Source: a bacterium (lineage in GTDB: Bacteria > Fidelibacterota > UBA2242). From it: a DNA stretch of 64,000 nucleotides. The position numbers and the translations under genes are program-made. The DNA lies in NCBI GenBank assembly GCA_018824205.1, contig JAHJGX010000053.1, positions 15,869-79,868 on the forward strand. The letters run 5' to 3'. Position 1 is the stretch's first letter. Each line of letters opens with the position of its first letter. The notes below the pieces were generated by a model that saw only the letters and a list, made by a program, of their open reading frames with translations, had not been told where the DNA came from and made no database searches. This document shows, in pieces, positions 57,476 through 64,000 of the stretch.

Positions 57476-58222
57476 ATGACTGTCAGTATACGCAACTGGA
57501 TTCGATTTCTAACAGTTTTCGTAATCTTTTCGATCGTTTTTATTCTGGTGATAGATAAGATTGTGTTGCCAATTTATGTGGGCAACAAGAAGGAAGTTCC
57601 GTTGGTGGATGTACGGGGACGCTCGCTGGATGAAGCGGCGATTATCCTGGATATGGTCGGGTTGCATTACGAGGTTATCGATTCAACTGAAAATGATGAC
57701 CTGCCGCCCCAGACAGTCGTTGATCAGCAGCCGCCGGCCGGGACGCCGGTGAAGACAGGCCGAATGATCCGCCTGGTTATTACCAGTGGTGAACGTTTTT
57801 TTCCAATGCCGAATCTTGTTGGTAAAGTCATGAAAGCAGCCAACCTGGAACTGCAGCGCTACCATCTCAAAACCGATTCCATAAGCTATGAATTTTCATC
57901 GGATAAACCACGGGATGTTATTACCGCTCAATCGATTCGCGCCCGACAAATGATTTCTGCCAGTGACAGTGTATCGCTGGTGATCAGCAAAGGACCGCCG
58001 CCCCGGCAACTGGCAGTGCCCGATCTTTTCGGTATGAATCTCGATGAGGCTAAAACCGCGATCAGAAAAGCCGGTTTTCGGGTCGGAGCCATCCGGTATA
58101 TCACCAATGATGACCTGGTTGCCTATACGGTCATCGGACAGAAACCGGAATTTGGTCATCTCTATGACAACGCGGTCCCGATTAACCTGGAAGTCACGAT
58201 TGCCAGTCATTCCGGAGAATAA
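57476..58222 (+). CDS. PASTA-domain protein: N-terminal TM anchor plus three PASTA repeats, no catalytic domain
   Basis: TM 'FLTVFVIFSIVFILVI'. Three ~65-aa repeats with 'VPxVxGxxxxxAxxxLxxxGL' PASTA periodicity: 'VPLVDVRGRSLDEAAIILDMVGL', 'MPNLVGKVMKAANLEL', 'VPDLFGMNLDEAKTAIRKAGF'. Confidence 0.7.
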   Translation: MTVSIRNWIRFLTVFVIFSIVFILVIDKIVLPIYVGNKKEVPLVDVRGRSLDEAAIILDMVGLHYEVIDSTENDDLPPQTVVDQQPPAGTPVKTGRMIRLVITSGERFFPMPNLVGKVMKAANLELQRYHLKTDSISYEFSSDKPRDVITAQSIRARQMISASDSVSLVISKGPPPRQLAVPDLFGMNLDEAKTAIRKAGFRVGAIRYITNDDLVAYTVIGQKPEFGHLYDNAVPINLEVTIASHSGE

Positions 58223-58223
58223 T

Positions 58224-58874
58224 ATGGAAATTGTACCATCACTGTTATCGGCAGATTTTACAAAATTAAGCGAAGAGATCCGTGCCGTTGAAGAAGCCGG
58301 CGCCACGCGTCTGCACCTGGATGTCATGGACGGTAATTTCGTTCCGAATATTACCATCGGGCCGTTTATTGTTGAAGCGATTCGGAAACAGACCAAACTG
58401 CATCTGGAATCGCACCTGATGATCACCAATCCTGAAAAATTTATTGAACCTTTTATCAAAGCCGGCAGCGATACGGTTGTGATTCATATTGAATCCAGCC
58501 AGGATGTGTTGCGGGATTTTAAAACCATTCGGGAACTGGGCGCCAAAGCAGGCCTGGTCATTAATCCGCCGACACTCTTTGCCGACATTGAGCCCTATCT
58601 GGAATTCATCGATCATCTGCTGGTCATGACCGTGAACCCGGGGTTTGGTGGCCAGAAAATGATCAAAGAGGCCCTTGACAAAGTTGTTCTGGCGAAGCCG
58701 TACTCGGAAAAATACGGTTTTCCTATCGAGATTGATGGCGGTGTTAATATTGATACGGTCACCGACGCTAAAAATGCCGGAACGGATCTGATTGTGGCGG
58801 GCTCAGCGGTTTTTTCCAACGGTAAACCCTTTGAAGATTACAGAGCATTGATGGAGAAACTGCGCAGTGAATGA
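58224..58874 (+). CDS. rpe: Ribulose-phosphate 3-epimerase
   Basis: 'MEIVPSLLSADFTKL...HLDVMDGNFVPNITIGP...VMTVNPGFGGQ'. Start set at the ATG at 58224; the track ORF extends upstream into the PASTA gene. Confidence 0.9.
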   Translation: MEIVPSLLSADFTKLSEEIRAVEEAGATRLHLDVMDGNFVPNITIGPFIVEAIRKQTKLHLESHLMITNPEKFIEPFIKAGSDTVVIHIESSQDVLRDFKTIRELGAKAGLVINPPTLFADIEPYLEFIDHLLVMTVNPGFGGQKMIKEALDKVVLAKPYSEKYGFPIEIDGGVNIDTVTDAKNAGTDLIVAGSAVFSNGKPFEDYRALMEKLRSE

Positions 58875-59448
58875 TATCCCGAAAGCGGAGCGTGGCCGCA
58901 AAGCAATTCACTATACAGCGGTGCTCATCCCGCTGATCTATTATTTTTTTCTGGAAAAAGGCCCGGCAGTCATTATTTTACTTATCCTTTCAGTGTGTAT
59001 GCTCATTGCCGAAGCTCTACGCATGACAGTTCCCTCTTGTCGCAGCCTGTACGTACGACTTTTTGGCGATATGACACGGCCTCATGAACATGCCAACCAT
59101 TTGACCGGAGCTACGTATCTGTTTATCGGTTCAATGCTGGTTGTGTATCTGTTTCCTAAAGAGATAGCGACGATTGCGATGCTGTTCATACTGGTCGGTG
59201 ATCCGACAGCCTGCCTGGTGGGAATGGCGTTTGGAAAGATTAAACTCTCCCGGTCGAAAACACTGGAAGGAACCCTGGCATTTATCATTGCCAGCATGAT
59301 CGCTACCTGGTGGATTCCCGGGGTGCCAATTTATGTTAAATTGATCGGCGCCGTAGCTGCGGGCGGGCTGGAGTTGACAAGCTGGCGGCTGGATGATAAC
59401 CTGATTATTCCCTCTGTTGCAGCAGCGGTGATGTATTTTCTGATTTAA
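58867..59448 (+). CDS. CTP_transf_1 superfamily membrane protein (phosphatidate cytidylyltransferase / dolichol-phytol kinase-like)
   Basis: 193 aa, 5-6 TM segments. 'LVGDPTACLVGMAFGKIKLSRSKTLEGTLAFI' resembles the CdsA/DGK1/SEC59 C-terminal catalytic block. Confidence 0.45.
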   Translation: MNDIPKAERGRKAIHYTAVLIPLIYYFFLEKGPAVIILLILSVCMLIAEALRMTVPSCRSLYVRLFGDMTRPHEHANHLTGATYLFIGSMLVVYLFPKEIATIAMLFILVGDPTACLVGMAFGKIKLSRSKTLEGTLAFIIASMIATWWIPGVPIYVKLIGAVAAGGLELTSWRLDDNLIIPSVAAAVMYFLI

Positions 59449-59460
59449 CGATTCAATTTT

Positions 59461-61539
59461 ATGTCATTTATAAATTCATTTTTCCTCTATTTGTTGCCCC
59501 TTGTGGCCGTTCCGATTGTGATTCACCTGATTGGCCGGCAGCGGTACTACAAGCAGGAATTCAGCACATTGAGATTTTTGAAGCAGCTGGAAATTGAGCT
59601 CGTTCGCAAATTGAAAATTCGCCAGATTCTGTTGCTGGTGCTTCGGATTCTGCTGATTCTGTTACTGATTCTGGTTTTTGCCCGCCCCTATCGGACGACC
59701 CGGTCGCCCGGGATTGTTGTCGGCAAAGGTGAAACGCTGTATTTGATTGTGGATAATTCGCTTTCGATGCAGGCCCGGATGAAAGGCAAATCGCGGCTGG
59801 AAATCGCGAAATCAAGTGTCCTCTCTGCCGCAGAACAGATCGATTATCCTGTTTATATTAAATTGATTGAATCTACCCATCCGCAAAAAATAAAGGATAT
59901 TGGGTTAGTCACTGACCCAAGTTTGATTGAAGATATCCTGACCAATGTTGATGCTGCCAACGGGAACGGCAGTATCAACCGGGCAATTGTTGCCGTCCAA
60001 ACCGATTTGAAATTACAACGGGAACTGAATCCGGCGATCTGGATCCTCAGTGATTTTCAAAAACCTGATTTTCAGAGGAATCCCAGTGTTGATGAATTTT
60101 TCAAAACAACCGATAGCAGGGTGATTCTTTTTCCGGTTAGCAGTAATTCGGAGAATGTGGCGATTTCGTCACTGTCTGTTCCCGGTCAGCTGTTCCGGCA
60201 AAATCAAGCGGTGCAGGTTCGGGGCTTTTTATCAAACTGGAATTCCGAGGCAGTTGAAGCGCCGGTGTCACTCTTTCTGGGTGATCAGAAACTCGGTCAG
60301 GCATTGCTGACTGTTCCGCCCTTTAAAGAGGCCCATGTCCGGTTTGAATTCATACCGTCGTCGCCGGGATTTCACCAGGCCCGGCTGAAAATTGCCGATG
60401 ACAATCTGCTGATGGATAATCAACGCTATTTTCCGCTTAATATTCCCGACCAGATTAGGGTGTTGATCGTATCGCGACATCCGGAAGACAGCCGTTATAT
60501 TAAACGGGCCCTCGGTGCGGATGAGGCCTCTGTGGTAATCGTAAAAATGACATCAACCAGTCTGTTTTCTACTGAAGACTTAGCCCAATACGACCTGCTG
60601 GTTTTCTCCAATGTGGATGAATTAGCGGACAATGCCCAGACCAAACTGAATTTCTATTTGGAAATGAACCGGGGCCTTCTGCTGTTTCCCGGCAAGGATT
60701 GCTCGCCGGAAAAATTTAACGCGCTCTGGGCTAGGACCTATGGGTTCCCCAAATGGCGAACCACCCGGACGGCCGAGCCCGGTCAATATCTGAAATCCGG
60801 GAATATTGATGCGAATCATCCTGTTTTCAGCAGACTGTTACGTGAAAAAGACTCCTTTGAATATTCACCGGAATATTATACAATCCAGGGCTTCAGCATT
60901 TCGAAAAATCATAGGGTTTTGGCCACATATGAAGACAACACACCCTTAATTATGGAAGCAACTCTCGATGCCGGCAGGGGAATACTGCTGGCATCGGCGC
61001 CGGTGGCAGGCTGGAGTAATCTGCAGCTGACCGGTTTTTTCCCGGCGATCATGAACCGGCTGGTTTTTTACCTGGCTCAGCAGGGAATGCCCGAATTGGA
61101 TATCGTTTGTGGTGATACACTAATCATTTCACCATCGAAACTGAACATCCGGACCGATTTATCCGTCCATACACCCGATAACCGGCGCATCAAACTGGCG
61201 CTGGGAATTGACGACCCGATTTTGTTTAATGACACCGAGATTCCCGGCTTTTATGAACTATATTCCGAAGGCCGAAAGATAAAACAATATGCGGTCAATG
61301 TTCCCGAAAGTGAAGCCTCGGCGAGTTTTTTAAGCATGCCGGATTTTGAGGAACTGCTGAGCGATTACCCCGGCAAAATGGATGTGTTTTTGATCGGTGA
61401 AGAGAAGGATTTAAACCGGCTGGAGCACAGCCGGGAATTCAGTGACTGGCTGATTGCAATGGTGCTGATCGTGGCCCTTCTGGAAAGTTATATTGGCCGG
61501 ATTAACCGGAAAATCAAGGGAAAACTTAAAAATGGGTGA
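59461..61539 (+). CDS. BatA-like protein: N-terminal double-TM anchor, vWA-like (MIDAS) domain, large C-terminal region
   Basis: N-terminal 'FLYLLPLVAVPIVIHLIGRQRYYKQEFSTLRFL' fits the aerotolerance-type double-TM domain. 'LYLIVDNSLSMQ' is a DxSxS MIDAS motif. 692 aa. Confidence 0.5.
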   Translation: MSFINSFFLYLLPLVAVPIVIHLIGRQRYYKQEFSTLRFLKQLEIELVRKLKIRQILLLVLRILLILLLILVFARPYRTTRSPGIVVGKGETLYLIVDNSLSMQARMKGKSRLEIAKSSVLSAAEQIDYPVYIKLIESTHPQKIKDIGLVTDPSLIEDILTNVDAANGNGSINRAIVAVQTDLKLQRELNPAIWILSDFQKPDFQRNPSVDEFFKTTDSRVILFPVSSNSENVAISSLSVPGQLFRQNQAVQVRGFLSNWNSEAVEAPVSLFLGDQKLGQALLTVPPFKEAHVRFEFIPSSPGFHQARLKIADDNLLMDNQRYFPLNIPDQIRVLIVSRHPEDSRYIKRALGADEASVVIVKMTSTSLFSTEDLAQYDLLVFSNVDELADNAQTKLNFYLEMNRGLLLFPGKDCSPEKFNALWARTYGFPKWRTTRTAEPGQYLKSGNIDANHPVFSRLLREKDSFEYSPEYYTIQGFSISKNHRVLATYEDNTPLIMEATLDAGRGILLASAPVAGWSNLQLTGFFPAIMNRLVFYLAQQGMPELDIVCGDTLIISPSKLNIRTDLSVHTPDNRRIKLALGIDDPILFNDTEIPGFYELYSEGRKIKQYAVNVPESEASASFLSMPDFEELLSDYPGKMDVFLIGEEKDLNRLEHSREFSDWLIAMVLIVALLESYIGRINRKIKGKLKNG

Positions 61540-62791
61540 ACGGGTTCTGTTGGTAGGAGTGGCCACACCGCTTCAAAATCAGGAAACAGTGGAAGATCAT
61601 CTGGCGGAATTAGGCGAGCTGGTGCGCACTTTAGGCTATGAAGTCGCCGATCAGTTTATTGTCAACCGCAAGGAAATTTCACCATCCCTATATATCGGCA
61701 AAGGGAAAGTAGAGGATATCAAGGCCATGATCCCGATGCTGAAACTGGACGAAGTTATTTTTGACGACGATCTGTCGCCAACCCAGTCCCGGAATTTGGA
61801 AAAAATCCTGAATACCGAGATTCGAGACCGGAGTGGCGTCATTCTGGAAATATTTGCCAGACATGCCCGATCAAAAGAGGCAAAAACCCAGGTGGAGCTG
61901 GCAACGTTGGAATATCTTTTACCACGCCTGACCCGGCGCTGGACACACCTGGAACGGCAGATCGGCGGTATCGGTGTTCGTGGTGGTGCCGGAGAGACCC
62001 AGATTGAGGTGGACCGCCGTCTAATCCGGACCCGGATTTCGAAATTGAAAAAGGACCTTCAGCGCATCGACCGGGAGCGGGAAACCCAGCGCAAAGGCCG
62101 GGACAGCTACTACCGGGTTGCCCTGGTAGGCTATACCAATGCCGGGAAATCGACAATCCTGAACCTCCTGACGAAATCAGATGTTTTGGTGGAAGACAAA
62201 CTCTTCGCGACCCTGGATACCACGGTCCGGCAGTGGAAGATCGATAAATATCACAATGTCCTGCTCAGCGATACCGTAGGCTTTATCCGTAAACTGCCTC
62301 CGAACCTGGTGGCCTCATTCCGGAGTACCCTGCAGGAAGCCCGGGAGGCCGACCTGATTCTAAAGGTGATCGATATCAGCAATCCCAATTGCATGGATCA
62401 TCTCAACACTGTCAATGAAATCCTGATTCAGCTGGAACTGTTTACCATTCCTTCCCTGATCCTGTTCAATAAAATCGACGCTATGGATAACGATCTGTTC
62501 GGCCGGGTGAAACGGGAACACTCCGATGCTATTTACCTTTCAGCGTTGAAGCACCTAAAGATTGACGATTTGCGAAAAAGTATCCTGGAAAAACTACGGA
62601 TGGAAGAGCTGACACTTAATATCGAAGTGCCTCTGGCCAACACTAAAGCGATTGCGCTCCTGCGGGATAATAGTATGGTAATCGACCAGGTATTTGAGGG
62701 CAATACAGTCCAATTGAAATGCCTCTGCTACAAGCGGGTCTGGGACTGGCTCCGCCAACGCCTGGAATCTGAGATCATAGTTGTCGAGTAA
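61532..62791 (+). CDS. hflX: GTPase HflX
   Basis: 'ALVGYTNAGKSTILN' (G1), 'DTVGF' (G3), 'NKID' (G4) and the HflX N-terminal domain. Start at the internal ATG at 61532; the track start at 61493 lies inside the upstream gene. Confidence 0.85.
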   Translation: MGERVLLVGVATPLQNQETVEDHLAELGELVRTLGYEVADQFIVNRKEISPSLYIGKGKVEDIKAMIPMLKLDEVIFDDDLSPTQSRNLEKILNTEIRDRSGVILEIFARHARSKEAKTQVELATLEYLLPRLTRRWTHLERQIGGIGVRGGAGETQIEVDRRLIRTRISKLKKDLQRIDRERETQRKGRDSYYRVALVGYTNAGKSTILNLLTKSDVLVEDKLFATLDTTVRQWKIDKYHNVLLSDTVGFIRKLPPNLVASFRSTLQEAREADLILKVIDISNPNCMDHLNTVNEILIQLELFTIPSLILFNKIDAMDNDLFGRVKREHSDAIYLSALKHLKIDDLRKSILEKLRMEELTLNIEVPLANTKAIALLRDNSMVIDQVFEGNTVQLKCLCYKRVWDWLRQRLESEIIVVE

Positions 62792-62864
62792 ACGATTTCA
62801 TTAGTTCAAAACGAATTCATCTTGACATTCCCTGATGCAGGGAGTATTTTGGGAATGATTTGAG

Positions 62865-63704
62865 GTGATGAATATGAATGGTAAAATACGCAAACCAGTA
62901 GCTGCCGGAAGGTTCTACTCCAAGAATGCACAATCACTTCGACAGGAAATTAGTGCCTACCTGCAGGATGTCCCCGAATTGGATTTTTCTCCAAAGCGAA
63001 TATTCGGCTTGATCTCACCCCACGCGGGCTATGCCTGTTCGGCGCCCACAGCGGCCTATGGCTTTCAGATGCTCCGGCGCGCTCGGTTCAAACGGGCGAT
63101 TGTTATTTCACCAAGCCACAGCGATTATTTCACCGGTATTTCGGTTTACGATGGTGACGCCTATGAGACGCCACTTGGAATTGTTCCGGTGGATCGGCTG
63201 TTGTGTAAGGAGATTGTTGAAAACAGCGTGGTTGCTAGATTTTCAGAAGCCGGGCATCGCTCGGAACATGCGCTGGAAGTGCAGCTGCCATTCTTACAGG
63301 TGATTTTTTTTGATGGCATCAATCTGGTTCCGTTGATGGTTGGCGCAACGTCAGCAGACGATCTATCCAAATTTGCCGCCGTGCTGGCGGAAAGTGTTAA
63401 TCCTGAAGATACGGTCATTATTGCCAGTTCCGATCTGTCCCATTATTATCCTCAATCCGTTGCTTATCAGAAAGACGGTTATTTTTCAAAACTTCTTGAG
63501 GATTATGACCTTGATGCATTAGGTTTGGGCTACGATGATCAGAGCCTCGAAGCCTGCGGACTCGGGCCAATCCTGGTGCTGATGCACACTGCTCAAAAAA
63601 TTTGCAAACCGCAATGCCGGGTGCTGGATTACCGGACTTCCGGTGATACTTGTGGCAATAAAAGGCAGGTTGTCGGTTATGCCTCGGCGGTAGTATACGA
63701 ATGA
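62865..63704 (+). CDS. MEMO1-family protein (AmmeMemoRadiSam system protein B-like)
   Basis: 'KPVAAGRFY', 'ISPHAGYACSAPTAAYGF', 'DLSHYY' are hallmark MEMO1/dioxygenase-B-like motifs. 279 aa. Confidence 0.8.
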   Translation: MMNMNGKIRKPVAAGRFYSKNAQSLRQEISAYLQDVPELDFSPKRIFGLISPHAGYACSAPTAAYGFQMLRRARFKRAIVISPSHSDYFTGISVYDGDAYETPLGIVPVDRLLCKEIVENSVVARFSEAGHRSEHALEVQLPFLQVIFFDGINLVPLMVGATSADDLSKFAAVLAESVNPEDTVIIASSDLSHYYPQSVAYQKDGYFSKLLEDYDLDALGLGYDDQSLEACGLGPILVLMHTAQKICKPQCRVLDYRTSGDTCGNKRQVVGYASAVVYE

Positions 63705-64000
63705 TGACAACAACTAAGAATAGCTTTGCCCTGATTGGCGCCAGTAAAACGGGAATTGCCCTGGCGTATCATCTTGAAAAAGCTGGGTACTCGCCAGCCT
63801 TTCTCTGGAACCGTCGCCAAGAGGGAATTGACCGGGTTCACGGTTATGTAGAATTTCAAAAGGTTTCCACGGAAATTGAATTAATTCCGCAAGACATCGA
63901 TTGGATTATTATTGCCGTCAGTGATGACGCTATTCCAACGGTTGCCCGGGATTTGAGCAATGTGTTAAAAGAGGGAACAGGAAAACGGGTTTTTCACATT
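63701..64000 (+). CDS. Rossmann-fold NAD(P)-binding protein, DUF2520/ketopantoate-reductase-like (3' end lies outside the window)
   Basis: ATGA overlap with the upstream stop. 'SFALIGASKTGIALAYHLEKAG' is a GxGxxG-type dinucleotide-binding motif. The frame is open to the window end. Confidence 0.4.
   Translation, partial: MMTTTKNSFALIGASKTGIALAYHLEKAGYSPAFLWNRRQEGIDRVHGYVEFQKVSTEIELIPQDIDWIIIAVSDDAIPTVARDLSNVLKEGTGKRVFHI

Noticed and set aside
57896-58459. 187-aa minus-strand ORF
   Set aside because: Antisense to the PASTA gene and the rpe 5' end.
58044-58874. 276-aa track ORF for rpe starting at 58044
   Set aside because: The upstream 60 codons overlap the PASTA gene in another frame. The conserved Rpe N-terminus begins at the ATG at 58224.
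1-64000. Search for CRISPR arrays, transposases, integrases, restriction-modification and toxin-antitoxin pairs
   Set aside because: I found no direct-repeat/spacer arrays, DDE or tyrosine-recombinase motifs, MTase-REase pairs or short adjacent TA-like ORF pairs. The window looks like core chromosome with envelope-related accessory blocks rather than a mobile island.

Overview
This 64-kb window looks like a chromosomal segment of an FCB-superphylum-like bacterium, judging from T9SS C-terminal sorting domains and a PSCyt1 cytochrome. Most genes are housekeeping genes on the + strand. There is one tRNA-Gln, no rRNA, no CRISPR, no transposase or integrase, and no recognisable defence or toxin-antitoxin system.

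The 5' end is a glycan-biosynthesis cluster: a flippase tail, GT4 and GT2 glycosyltransferases and two SAM methyltransferases. Housekeeping genes follow: secDF, purA, ruvB, queA, ispD-ispF-dedA-ispE, prs-rplY-pth, hppA, rpsF-rpsR-rplI, priA, radA, tgt, nadAB, yajC, def-fmt-rsmB, rpe and hflX.

Accessory and envelope blocks worth a second look:
- An L,D-transpeptidase with duplicated C-terminal repeats, next to an AstE/AspA-like peptidase.
- A three-gene envelope module fused to the end of priA: a Peptidase_MA_2-like protein, a FadL/PorQ-like outer-membrane barrel and a standalone PSCyt1 mini-cytochrome c.
- A minus-strand operon: a small membrane protein, a 95-aa protein, an OPT transporter and a lipoprotein with several lipocalin-like repeats.
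- An orphan hutI.
- A cluster of small proteins behind a strong promoter: a secreted 141-aa protein, DUF350, and a Tat-signal peptide rich in His and Pro.
- A T9SS cargo operon: a 1303-aa beta-helix protein with two tandem FN3-like+TPR paralogs.
- A T9SS-secreted M1 aminopeptidase next to an unusual fusion of Peptidase_MA_2, PD40 beta-propeller and an Omp85 barrel.
- An orphan PASTA protein, a BatA-like protein and a MEMO1-like protein.

These are my best candidates for undescribed biology. I could not prove any of them to be a novel system from the sequence alone.
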